From an uncultured Candidatus Actinomarina sp. (GTDB taxonomy: Bacteria; Actinomycetota; Acidimicrobiia; Actinomarinales; Actinomarinaceae): a stretch of 64,000 bases of DNA. A program made the position numbers and the translations under genes. This document shows, piece after piece, positions 8,113 to 17,095 of this stretch. Positions within the stretch are counted from its first letter, which is position 1, and each line of letters starts with the position of its first letter. The notes below the pieces were generated by a model. The model was not told the origin of the DNA. It saw only the letters and a program-made list of their open reading frames with translations, and ran no database searches. The stretch lies in the NCBI GenBank assembly GCA_902609285.1, contig CACLRL010000001.1, positions 15,636 to 79,635 of the forward strand, read 5' to 3'.

Positions 8113-9175
8113 AACAAGCAAGTTTTACATTCCACAATTTAAGCTTGATTCAGGTGAACTGCTAGAGAATGTAGAGATTGCTTACACAACTTACGGAACT
8201 TTGTCAGAAAAAGGTGACAATGCAGTATTGATATTTCATGCCTTAACAGGAAGCCATATGTTGGCAGGAAATTACTCTCAAGAAGAAAACCCAGAAATTC
8301 CTTGGAATGACGAGTTAGAAATTGGCTGGTGGGACGAATTTGTTGGTGTAAATAAACTTATTGATACCGAAAAATATTTTGTAGTTTGTGCAAACTATCT
8401 TGGGGGATGTTACGGGACTACAGGTCCAAATTCTATAGAAAATAAAACTGGATTAGAATATGGTGAAAATTTCCCAAATATTTCTTTCAAGGATATAGAG
8501 ATTTCACAAAAACAATTATTAGATAACCTAGGAGTTAAGTCTCTAAAAGCCGTGATTGGTCCCTCTATAGGAGGCTTAATGGCATTAGAGTTTTCCCTTT
8601 TATATCCAGATTTTGTAGAAAATCTTATCTCAATTTCAAGTGGATACAAATTATCCACAATTCAGTTACTTCACAATCTTGAACAAGCTTATGTGTTGAA
8701 TCTCGCAAAAGATTCGCCTGACAGAAGAGACGAGTATTTGTCTTTAGCAAGAATGATTGCACATAAAACCTACATCTCTTTGGAGCTTCTTGCGTCAAGG
8801 GCTAAAGGTGAAAGTAAGTATGGTGAAGACATAATAAATGGTTTTTTATCAACATCACAAGAGTCTTATATGATGCACCAAGGAGAAAAATTTATTGAGA
8901 GGTTCACTCATGAATCTTACAATTCAATAATTAAAGGTTGGCAAAGCTTTTCTATAAATGTCGAGAAAATTGAAAGACTGAAAGATATTAAAGTTTTAGT
9001 AGTTTCTGTTGATTCAGATGTATGTTTTTATCCGGAAGAACAATCAGAATTTGTTAAGCTTTTAAAGTCAAATCAAATCAATGTAACTCATAAAACAATC
9101 AGTTCAACAAAAGGTCATGATTGTTTTCTTTTAGAGCCTGATCTGTTTGAAAAAGAATTAGGAAAACTTATCTAA
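8096..9175 (+). CDS. metX: homoserine O-acetyltransferase
   Basis: FHALTGSH and GPSIGGLMALE (GxSxG) motifs. It has a TTG start and overlaps metY by 17 nt. Confidence 0.85.
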   Translation: MKVQNKTSKFYIPQFKLDSGELLENVEIAYTTYGTLSEKGDNAVLIFHALTGSHMLAGNYSQEENPEIPWNDELEIGWWDEFVGVNKLIDTEKYFVVCANYLGGCYGTTGPNSIENKTGLEYGENFPNISFKDIEISQKQLLDNLGVKSLKAVIGPSIGGLMALEFSLLYPDFVENLISISSGYKLSTIQLLHNLEQAYVLNLAKDSPDRRDEYLSLARMIAHKTYISLELLASRAKGESKYGEDIINGFLSTSQESYMMHQGEKFIERFTHESYNSIIKGWQSFSINVEKIERLKDIKVLVVSVDSDVCFYPEEQSEFVKLLKSNQINVTHKTISSTKGHDCFLLEPDLFEKELGKLI

Positions 9176-9176
9176 G

Positions 9177-9614
9177 TTATTTTCTAACAGTTGAGCCCAC
9201 TACTAAAGCTGCTGAAATGATTATTAAGTTTTTAACGATATATTGACCTTCAAGTGTAAGTCCAAATGGAAAATTAGTGAAACATACCTCGGGAAACAGA
9301 ACCAATGGTAAAAATGTTCCAGGCATCTGTATAAATAATAAAATTATGGATATTCGAATAAGCGGTTTTATTATCATCGTAATTCCTATAACAACTTCCC
9401 AAATACCTAGAATTGGCACGAATGTTTTGGGATTTTCAAACCAGTAAACTGTATTCTCCACAAGTTCTTGAGCAGGGCTTAATCCTAAAGGTTTTAAAGC
9501 TCCAAACCATATATAGATAATGCCTAAAGAGTATCTCAATAATGTAACTCCCCATTTTGACATAAACTCAGTTACAAAAATATCTAAATCATCAAAGCTT
9601 TTAATGTTTCTCAC
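9177..9614 (-). CDS. DUF417/YkgB-like (DoxX-related) membrane protein
   Basis: Four TM segments. LLRYSLGIIYIWFGALKP and C-terminal IVKNLIIISAAL resemble the YkgB family. Confidence 0.5.
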   Translation of the reverse strand: MRNIKSFDDLDIFVTEFMSKWGVTLLRYSLGIIYIWFGALKPLGLSPAQELVENTVYWFENPKTFVPILGIWEVVIGITMIIKPLIRISIILLFIQMPGTFLPLVLFPEVCFTNFPFGLTLEGQYIVKNLIIISAALVVGSTVRK

Positions 9615-9664
9615 AAAATCAATCTAGTTAGTTATATAAATAATAAGAAAAGAAAATCCATTGA

Positions 9665-9832
9665 TTATCTAAATATTACATAAATTAGAAATGAGTTACT
9701 TACCCAAGCTACAGCAAATATAAAGATTATAAAAAAAGGTTTCACATTCTTAATGGTTCCAGAAAAAAACAATGCTAAAAGTATGCCAAAAATTATTGAA
9801 AACCCAATTATAAATGCATCAAGTAGACTCAA
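9665..9832 (-). CDS. possible 55-aa two-TM mini-protein (below ORF-track cutoff)
   Basis: Its TTG start overlaps the stop of the upstream esterase gene (TTGA). The sequence is MSLLDAFIIGFSIIFGILLALFFSGTIKNVKPFFIIFIFAVAWVSNSFLIYVIFR. Confidence 0.25.
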   Translation of the reverse strand: MSLLDAFIIGFSIIFGILLALFFSGTIKNVKPFFIIFIFAVAWVSNSFLIYVIFR

Positions 9833-10815
9833 TCTAAATTTGATCCTGTTTGTATTTCATCTTTTGATGAAGAGTATTTTTCCAAAAACTTTCCAATTTG
9901 TTTAAATGCTGAAATAGTTTCAGGCATTGTCACGTCAATATGGAATACGTGATACATTCCTTCCCATTCGTAATATTCATGAATACAATTGTCTCTTTCT
10001 AGTGCTTCTTTTAAAGTTCTAGAATCAGACAATAACAACTCTTCTGTTCCGACCTGAATCATAATTGGAGGACTATTTTCATAGTTTCCTTTAATAGGAA
10101 AAATTAAAGGATTATCAGTATCAGCATCTTCTTCGTTTAAATATCCATCATAAAGATGATCGTTGTTTTCCCAGACTCTTTTAATCATTGGTCCTAAAAG
10201 AATGTCTCGATCAGCCATTTCTAAATTATACGTATCTCCTGTTCCTGCTGGATCTGCCCATGGAGAGAGTAATGCCAGTGCATTCGGTAATTCTTTTCCT
10301 TCTTCCTTCAGTTTTAGCATAGTAATAAGGGCTAAATTTCCTCCAGCTGAATCTCCCCCCATTGAAACCTGATCAGCAGAATACCCATAATCACCAATTA
10401 AAGCTTCAAATGTTTTTACACCATCTTCTAACTGAGCTGGATATTTAGATTCTGGTCCTAGTCGATAATCAGGGACGAATACAGTTGTTTGAGTTATATC
10501 AGCTAAATAACTTACTAAGGAAAAGTGAGATTTTGGGCTACCCATTGAGTAAGCTCCTCCGTGATAATAAAGCAAAATTCTGGTTGGATCTGATTTGGGT
10601 GTAGATACTTTTAAAGTTTTAATCCCTCCAAGTTCAATTTCTTCTTTAATAGTACCCTCAACCTTTGGTCCAATTGTACCCTGAAGGTCTATAAGCCAGC
10701 GAAAAAAAGATCTTCGTCTTTTACTCATAACGTTAGGGTTTTTATACATTGAAGACATAAATCCTGAATACGATTTGTATTTATTTATACTTTTTTTTGC
10801 TTCATCACTTAACAT
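9829..10815 (-). CDS. alpha/beta-hydrolase fold-3 (hormone-sensitive-lipase-like) esterase/lipase
   Basis: It has the oxyanion motif YYHGGAY and the nucleophile motif GDSAGGNLA. Confidence 0.8.
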   Translation of the reverse strand: MLSDEAKKSINKYKSYSGFMSSMYKNPNVMSKRRRSFFRWLIDLQGTIGPKVEGTIKEEIELGGIKTLKVSTPKSDPTRILLYYHGGAYSMGSPKSHFSLVSYLADITQTTVFVPDYRLGPESKYPAQLEDGVKTFEALIGDYGYSADQVSMGGDSAGGNLALITMLKLKEEGKELPNALALLSPWADPAGTGDTYNLEMADRDILLGPMIKRVWENNDHLYDGYLNEEDADTDNPLIFPIKGNYENSPPIMIQVGTEELLLSDSRTLKEALERDNCIHEYYEWEGMYHVFHIDVTMPETISAFKQIGKFLEKYSSSKDEIQTGSNLD

Positions 10816-10841
10816 ATAATTTAATAATAAAGAGAATTGTT

Positions 10842-11261
10842 TTAAGTTGCAGAATATTCTTTAGATAAAATACTTTTTAGTTGATCTAAATCTTCGACAA
10901 TATCCTTACCATAATTAAATATTCCCCAAACAAAATTATTTATTGGTTTAATACTGTTTGCGCTTACGCCGATCAATCTCTTGCTAGCTTTGTAAGCATA
11001 TCCAATCTCTGCAGCGGTACCAGAATCAACATCCCTACCAGATAGAAGAGCAACCACTAAATTAGCTGGCTTTAAGTATTCCATGTCAACATCAAAAACC
11101 TTGACTTTTTTTTCATATGTAAAATCACCAGTAACCAATCCAGCATCTCGATGAGGTAGAAATGTATTAAAACCAAAACTTTCAACAATCTGTGTGATTT
11201 TTTCTAAATATACTCTTTCATGATCATCAAACAAAGGCCCTGCAATATATGCTTTCTTCAT
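10842..11261 (-). CDS. nucleoside 2-deoxyribosyltransferase-like protein
   Basis: N-terminal YIAGPLF motif, FLPHRDAG, and a size of 139 aa. Confidence 0.7.
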   Translation of the reverse strand: MKKAYIAGPLFDDHERVYLEKITQIVESFGFNTFLPHRDAGLVTGDFTYEKKVKVFDVDMEYLKPANLVVALLSGRDVDSGTAAEIGYAYKASKRLIGVSANSIKPINNFVWGIFNYGKDIVEDLDQLKSILSKEYSAT

Positions 11262-11977
11262 ATTTGTATTGTATTTAGTAATTTTTTAATTTTCACTAAA
11301 CCTTTATATTTCAATATATCTTCACTCATCGAATTAATGCTTTCTAATATTTTTTTATCCCACACTTCTTTTAGTGGAATAACTTCAACTTTTATTAAAA
11401 AAAGACTAGTTATATTGTCAAGAGGTGTAGAAGTTTGAGTTTCAAGTCTAAAAAATAAATTTTCTGCTGTCGATAATTTAGGCTTTGTAAGTTTAGGGTG
11501 TTCGCTTAATTCGCAACTTGTTGTAACTGTCCAAACCCATCTCTGAATGGTCTGTTTGCACATGTAATCAGATAACTTAATGCTTGAAGATAATAATTTA
11601 GAATTATCGGCAACTGGATCATGAATAAATGATAAGTCTTTACCTAGTTTTTCAGAAAAATCCCACCCACTTGGAAAAGATATAGATCCAAGTTCCATTT
11701 TTCCTTTAAACATAACTGCAAAATCTTCTTCTAATTTAAGGGATAATTCTTTAATACTTAATGACTGATCAAAATCAAAATAATCTATTAATTTGTTTAA
11801 TAGGTTATTTGTTTTTGAAATGTCTGTTTCGCCATAAATGCTGTTTCCAAAATATTCCATCTGCTTAACTTTTTCAGATAAATAATTTTTATTTGGAGTT
11901 TTGTTGTAAATTGGGCCATCATATCTTGTCATTGATGGATTGTTTGTAAAAGGAATCTTAACGTAATCTAAATTCAT
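11258..11977 (-). CDS. hypothetical protein, possibly DUF3445 (heme-dependent oxidative N-demethylase-like) family
   Basis: FPSGW...FIHDPV...QRWVWTV resembles DUF3445 conserved blocks from memory. ATGA overlap with the downstream gene. Confidence 0.45.
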   Translation of the reverse strand: MNLDYVKIPFTNNPSMTRYDGPIYNKTPNKNYLSEKVKQMEYFGNSIYGETDISKTNNLLNKLIDYFDFDQSLSIKELSLKLEEDFAVMFKGKMELGSISFPSGWDFSEKLGKDLSFIHDPVADNSKLLSSSIKLSDYMCKQTIQRWVWTVTTSCELSEHPKLTKPKLSTAENLFFRLETQTSTPLDNITSLFLIKVEVIPLKEVWDKKILESINSMSEDILKYKGLVKIKKLLNTIQI

Positions 11978-12008
11978 TAGTATTAAGTTTATATAAAGGA
12001 AAAAAATT

Positions 12009-12746
12009 ATGGATGCTGGAATTTTATTGCTTCACGGATTGTTTGAACATAAAGGAAGACATCAAATTAACTTTGATTGGTTTGAAAATTTAGGTATTTC
12101 TCCCTACTTGATTGATCTCCCTGGTCATGGAGAAAAGACAATAAAAAAGGGGCATATTAAATCTTGGGAAGATAATGAGTCTGCCTTAAAAAAGGGCTTT
12201 GAGAGCCTAAATAGCTTTTCAACAAGAATTCTTTTTGGACACTCCTATGGTGCTTTGATTTCGGTATACGGAGTGATTAATGAAGTCATAAATCCTGACT
12301 ATTTAATATTGACTGCTCCTCTCTTCAAAGACAACTATCCAAAATTTATAAGATCACTATCAAAACCACTAGGTAAGATAGCTCCAAGATTTAGAACACT
12401 TTCTCCAATTACAAAAAGGAATCTATCAACAGATAAGGATGTAGTATCAGATTATTTTAAAGACCCTCTTGTCTTCAGAACTTTCTCTTTTAGGCTTGGT
12501 TCAGAAATTACTCGAGTACAGGAATATGTTCAAGAAAATATTAGTGATTTAAAAATACCTACAATCGTTTTACATGGTGACAATGATCGCGTTTGTCCAA
12601 TTGATGGTAATGAAAAAATAATGAAACTCGAGAATGTAAAATTCATAAAAGTGAATAACTCTGCGCATGAAATACTAAATCAAGATACAAGAATGTTTGT
12701 TTTAAGTGAGATTCACAATTGGATGAAAGATAATAAAATAATTTAG
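12009..12746 (+). CDS. alpha/beta hydrolase (lysophospholipase / monoacylglycerol-lipase-like)
   Basis: LLLHGLFEH, GHSYGA (GxSxG), HGDNDRVCP and a terminal His region. Confidence 0.75.
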   Translation: MDAGILLLHGLFEHKGRHQINFDWFENLGISPYLIDLPGHGEKTIKKGHIKSWEDNESALKKGFESLNSFSTRILFGHSYGALISVYGVINEVINPDYLILTAPLFKDNYPKFIRSLSKPLGKIAPRFRTLSPITKRNLSTDKDVVSDYFKDPLVFRTFSFRLGSEITRVQEYVQENISDLKIPTIVLHGDNDRVCPIDGNEKIMKLENVKFIKVNNSAHEILNQDTRMFVLSEIHNWMKDNKII

Positions 12747-12800
12747 TATTTGTTATTGCAACATGTTTGCATTAACTTAATTAAATTTTATACTTTTTAT

Positions 12801-13727
12801 ATGCACGTACCTGACGGATTTATAAATGCTCCAGTTTCTGCTGCATCTGGTTTGATAAGCTTAGGGACTATTTGGGCATATATTAGAAATGCTAAGAATT
12901 TAGTAGCTGATCGTTTGATTGCACTTACTGGAATGATGTCAGCATTAATTTTTGTATTACAAATGATTAATTTCCCAATAGCAGCCGGAACCAGTGGTCA
13001 TCTTTTAGGTGGTGCGCTAGCAGTTGTCGTATTAGGACCTAGTCTTGGGATTATATGCATATCGATAGTTGTTGTAATTCAGTCTCTGTTATTTGCTGAC
13101 GGAGGTTTGAGTGCAATAGGAGTTAACTTACTAAATATGGCGGTAGTTACTTCTCTTATTGGTTGGATAACAATATCTACATGGAAAAAATTATTTGGTG
13201 AAAGTTATTCTTCGACAATTTCAGGATCATTCATAGCTGGTTTATTATCTGTTGTATTTTCTTCAATTGCATTTGTTCTTGAATATGCTTTGGGAGGTAC
13301 TGTTGCGGTACCTCTTGGAAGTGTATTAATAGCAATGGTCTCAAGCCATTTGTTAATTGGTATTGGCGAGGGGATCATTACCGCTTTGATTGTTTCATTA
13401 CTTTTAAGAGTTAGGTCTGATTTAGTTTATGTAAATAAAAATACCGAAACTAGCAACAAAGTAACTTCATTTTATGGATTATTTATACTGTTAATTTTAG
13501 TTCTCACCTTAATTACTCCTTACGCCTCTTCATCGCCTGATGGTCTTGAATCTGTTGCTGAATCATTTGGCTTTAATGAAGACGCAGGAATTGTATTATT
13601 TTTAGAAGATTACGGTATAGAAAATATTAACAATAACTTCTTGTCTACAGTGCTGAGTGCAGTTTTAGGAATAGTTGTAATAGTTGGATTATTTAACATT
13701 TTTATTAAGGTTAAAAAACGGAATTAA
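12801..13727 (+). CDS. cbiM: CbiM-type ECF metal (Co/Ni) transporter S-component fused to a PDGLE domain
   Basis: The internal start gives the N-terminus MHVPDGF, where the Met-His N-terminus is the CbiM/NikM metal ligand. The C-terminal extension contains SSSPDGLESV. The ORF-track start at 12750 would bury the N-terminal ligand. Confidence 0.75.
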   Translation: MHVPDGFINAPVSAASGLISLGTIWAYIRNAKNLVADRLIALTGMMSALIFVLQMINFPIAAGTSGHLLGGALAVVVLGPSLGIICISIVVVIQSLLFADGGLSAIGVNLLNMAVVTSLIGWITISTWKKLFGESYSSTISGSFIAGLLSVVFSSIAFVLEYALGGTVAVPLGSVLIAMVSSHLLIGIGEGIITALIVSLLLRVRSDLVYVNKNTETSNKVTSFYGLFILLILVLTLITPYASSSPDGLESVAESFGFNEDAGIVLFLEDYGIENINNNFLSTVLSAVLGIVVIVGLFNIFIKVKKRN

Positions 13728-13844
13728 AGTGGGAAAAAAAAGACAATTTTTTTTTGAAAAAAATTTATTTCAAGTGTAATTTTATATTAACTTTTTGTGA
13801 AGAAAGTCTTTATAGACAATCATTACAAGAAGAAAAAGAGATAG

Positions 13845-13907
13845 CCCTTGAAGCAAGTGAGTTTTGGCAACAAAACAAGCGGAGTATTCAAGGGTTTTCT
13901 CATTTTT
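13845..13907 (+). terminator. structured hairpin with GNRA tetraloop + U-rich tail (cbiM terminator or sRNA 3' end)
   Basis: The outer stem is CCCTTGAA/TTCAAGGG. The inner stem is GTTTTG-GCAA-CAAAAC. It is followed by TTTTCTCATTTTT. Confidence 0.4.
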
Positions 13908-13937
13908 AAATATGTTTACTTTGTGTTCACATTCTGT

Positions 13938-13955
13938 TTAAAAAAAGCATTTAAA
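13938..13955 (+). repeat. 18-nt motif TTAAAAAAAGCATTTAAA, copy 2
   Basis: It is identical to 1569..1586. It is followed by TAATTCC (13973..13979), AGTACGTA (13989..13996) and the hairpin CCCCAG-TTCTTA-CTGGGG, upstream of udg. Confidence 0.6.
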
Positions 13956-14057
13956 ATTATCCAATAATTAAATAATTCCTTGTCAATTAGTACGTATACA
14001 AAACTCCCCAGTTCTTACTGGGGTGTTACCAAAACAACTTTCTATTAGAATTTTCAT

Positions 14058-14636
14058 ATGACAACAAATCAAGAACTTTTATTGCTCCATAAAGACTGTA
14101 GAAAGTGTAAGTCTTGCGAACTTTCTAAAACCAGAAATAATGTTGTTGTAGCAAAGGGAAATTCTAAAGCTAAGATTTTAATTATCGGGGAAGGACCTGG
14201 AGAGCAAGAAGATATTACAGGATTTCCATTTGTTGGAAGAGCTGGAAAAATGCTTGACTCAGCATTAATGTCTGTTGAAATTGATCCTTTGGAGGATTGT
14301 TATATTACAAATATAGTTAAGTGTAGACCTCCTAAAAATAGGAAGCCTCTTTTAAATGAAATAAATTCATGTATGCCTTGGTTAACAAAACAGATTAATT
14401 TGTTAGGTCCAAAGATTATAATTTTAGCGGGATCAACATCTGTGGAAGCATTTCTTGAGATAAAAAAACCAATTTCGAAGATGAGAGGTGAATGGATAAT
14501 AAAGGACGATATCAAAATTATGCCTATTTTTCATCCATCATATCTCTTAAGAAGTCCCTCAAAAGAGCCTGGTAAACCAAAATGGCTTACCTGGCAAGAT
14601 TTAAAAAAAGTTAAAACTGCTTTTGATAATCTTTAG
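14058..14636 (+). CDS. udg: uracil-DNA glycosylase, family 4 (Fe-S type)
   Basis: CRKCKSC...GEGPGEQEDITGFPFVGRAGKML and HPSYLLR motifs. Confidence 0.85.
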   Translation: MTTNQELLLLHKDCRKCKSCELSKTRNNVVVAKGNSKAKILIIGEGPGEQEDITGFPFVGRAGKMLDSALMSVEIDPLEDCYITNIVKCRPPKNRKPLLNEINSCMPWLTKQINLLGPKIIILAGSTSVEAFLEIKKPISKMRGEWIIKDDIKIMPIFHPSYLLRSPSKEPGKPKWLTWQDLKKVKTAFDNL

Positions 14637-15544
14637 TTTGAAAACTCATCTTTTGTTGTAAGTAATAAAGATACAAAGATAAAGATACTACAAATTAAAA
14701 GGTTCCTATTGAATGTTTCTCCTAAAAATATAACTCCAGCTGTTACACCTACAACTGGTACTAAATAATCAATTGTTGCGACTTGTAATGCGCTTACTCT
14801 TTGAATTAACCATGTAAAAGATAAAAATGCTCCAAGATTACATATGACTAGTGCTCCAAGTCTTATCAACTGTGAAACATTTAATATATCAATACCTACT
14901 CCAGAAATTAGAAATGTCAAAAAGGTAAGAATTATTACAAGTGGATATTGATATGTTAGCCAACTACTAACTTTATATTTGGGAGCAAATTTTCTATTAA
15001 GAACAGTAGCGAGAGCAATGCATTGAACACCTAAAAATGCTAATGTTCCTCCCAAGAAAATATTTCCTTGATTCAATAACCCTGTTTCCTGGGAAATAAA
15101 TAAATAAGCTATTCCAGAAAAACCAATAAATACAGAAAGGTATTTGAGTTTTGAAATTTTTTCTTCTTTTAAAATTAGTTTTACCCACATAACTGTAAAA
15201 ATTGGAGCAGAACTAATCAATAAAGTTACTAATCCGGACGAGATGTATTGAAGAGAAAATATAAAAGCCCAACTTACAAAAAATATTGAGGCTAAACCAG
15301 TAAAAGATGCTTCTTTTAAAAGCTGCTTATTGAACTTTTCTTTATTAAAAATTACGTAATAAAAAAAAAGTAGAGTACCAATAATTGATACTCTCGCCGT
15401 TACTAAAAATATTTCATTCAACCCTTCAATAAGCAAGCTGCGAATAATTACATTTGCAGAACCCCACATAACTCCCGCGGTTAAAACTGCTCCTATAGTT
15501 TGAATGAGGGATGGTCTATTGTTAGTTTGATTTTTATTTATCAT
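14633..15544 (-). CDS. EamA/DMT-family transporter
   Basis: Ten predicted TM helices in two EamA-like halves. Confidence 0.75.
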   Translation of the reverse strand: MINKNQTNNRPSLIQTIGAVLTAGVMWGSANVIIRSLLIEGLNEIFLVTARVSIIGTLLFFYYVIFNKEKFNKQLLKEASFTGLASIFFVSWAFIFSLQYISSGLVTLLISSAPIFTVMWVKLILKEEKISKLKYLSVFIGFSGIAYLFISQETGLLNQGNIFLGGTLAFLGVQCIALATVLNRKFAPKYKVSSWLTYQYPLVIILTFLTFLISGVGIDILNVSQLIRLGALVICNLGAFLSFTWLIQRVSALQVATIDYLVPVVGVTAGVIFLGETFNRNLLICSIFIFVSLLLTTKDEFSN

Positions 15545-15587
15545 TCTTGAAATACTAATGATAAATTATAAATAGAGTAAGATTGTA

Positions 15588-15665
15588 TTTACGGGAGCAA
15601 AATGCTGAGAGGGTGTAAAAGCCGACCGTCTGAACCTGTTAGGTAATTCTAACGAAGGGATATTC
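15588..15665 (+). promoter_or_regulatory. TPP (THI-box) riboswitch
   Basis: ACGGGAGC-AAAAT-GCTGAGAGGG...GACCGTCTGAACCTGTTAGGTAATTCTAACGAAGGGA matches the conserved CUGAGA and ACCUGAU..GGUAAU...CG.AGGGA cores. A downstream hairpin GGGATA...TATCCC precedes the SD. Confidence 0.8.
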
Positions 15666-15699
15666 GGAACTCTTATCCCATTTATGAAATGAGGTAATT

Positions 15700-17079
15700 G
15701 TGCAGTTAGGTACAAACGTTTTAATTAATTACATACTTATATTCTTTATACTTTTTTTATTTCTTGTCTTAACAAGAAGGCTGGCAAATAAAACGGAAGA
15801 TATGAGTTATTTTGTTATGCTAAAATCTCAAAAAACCTTTAATCTTTCCTTGAGTTTTTATGCAAGTGGTATGGGATTGTGGATTATCGCTTCTCCAGCA
15901 GAGGTTGGCTGGTATGGCTTAGGGTTTGATGTTATTGGTTATGCAATTTCTGCCGCTACCCCTTTTGTATTGCTGTATTTTGTAGGTCCACGTATTGTTC
16001 AGACAGTTCCGGACAAAGCAACTCTACCTCAATATATCAGCCAACAATATGGAAATTTTGCTCAAGTTTTTGTTTCAATAATTGCAACCATTTATATGTC
16101 CGCTTTTCTAATTGCTGAATTTGCGTCAATAAATTTTTTGTTTCCAGAAATATCAAAGACTTCTGGTTTGATTGTCTGTACAGCAATAGCAGTAGTGACT
16201 TTTCTTTACTTAAACCTTTCAGGTTTTAAAGCGTCTCTTATCACTGATAGATTTCAAGGTATATCAATAATTGCACTTCTTATTATTGTTTTGGTTTTGT
16301 GGATTAGTCAAAATGGAATTGGTAACATTATTCAAGCTTCTTACGATGGAGGATTAAATACATTTACATTTGCCAGTTTTAAGTCTGCTCTTGCTGTAAT
16401 TCTTGCAGTAACTGCAGCAGAAATATTCTCTCAGGGTTACTGGCAAAGAACATACTCTGCAATTGATGAAAATGTAATTAAAAAATCATCCATTTATGCT
16501 GGATTGGGTTGTTTTGTAACAGTACTCATTCTTGGAATTGCAGGTTCAGCTGGAGCAGGTTTTGGAATTGAGAATCCTTCCTTAAGTTTCATACAGCAGA
16601 TTGAATTTAATACCTTTTCGAGAATTCTAGTAATTGTGCTTTGTACAATGCTTGTTGCCTCTAGTATTGACACTCTTCAAAGTGCAATATCTTCAACAAT
16701 GGCTTTAGATCTTGTAAAAAGAGGTGTTTCTGAAGCAAAAATAATAACACTCATAATTACTTTTGGCTCTTTAGGATTATCATTTTACGTTACGAATATA
16801 TTTTCAGTATTTTTATTTGCTGACCTTTTGGCTGTGTGTTTAGTCTTCCCTGCATTTTATAAAATAAAATCAAGAAAAACTAGCCAAGGTATAGTGATCC
16901 CTACATCTTTGGGTTTCGTTGCATCGGTATTGTACAGATTTTATTTTATTGATTTAGATCTAAATCCAGGTGGAATATTTATACCAACTGATCTCTATGG
17001 GCTTGCTGACCTTAACACATTTGGAATGGGATTTATTTTTTCTATTATTGGTACTCTTGCTTACAACAGAATAAAATAG
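15700..17079 (+). CDS. sodium:solute-symporter-like permease under TPP control (ThiV-like, candidate thiamine-precursor/HMP transporter)
   Basis: About 12 TM helices and a GTG start after GAGG. The functional call rests only on the upstream TPP riboswitch and on analogy to riboswitch-controlled ThiV in marine bacteria. Confidence 0.55.
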   Translation: MQLGTNVLINYILIFFILFLFLVLTRRLANKTEDMSYFVMLKSQKTFNLSLSFYASGMGLWIIASPAEVGWYGLGFDVIGYAISAATPFVLLYFVGPRIVQTVPDKATLPQYISQQYGNFAQVFVSIIATIYMSAFLIAEFASINFLFPEISKTSGLIVCTAIAVVTFLYLNLSGFKASLITDRFQGISIIALLIIVLVLWISQNGIGNIIQASYDGGLNTFTFASFKSALAVILAVTAAEIFSQGYWQRTYSAIDENVIKKSSIYAGLGCFVTVLILGIAGSAGAGFGIENPSLSFIQQIEFNTFSRILVIVLCTMLVASSIDTLQSAISSTMALDLVKRGVSEAKIITLIITFGSLGLSFYVTNIFSVFLFADLLAVCLVFPAFYKIKSRKTSQGIVIPTSLGFVASVLYRFYFIDLDLNPGGIFIPTDLYGLADLNTFGMGFIFSIIGTLAYNRIK

Positions 17080-17095
17080 TAAATAGAAAATTTAA

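Noticed and set aside
12750-12800. N-terminal extensions suggested by the ORF track: CbiM from 12750, P2 lipoprotein from 28203, btuF-like from 32791, znuB from 58224 and argR from 50297.
   Set aside because: The extensions would bury functional N-termini (the CbiM Met-His ligand, lipoprotein signal peptides) or overlap upstream genes or operators. Internal ATGs give canonical proteins.
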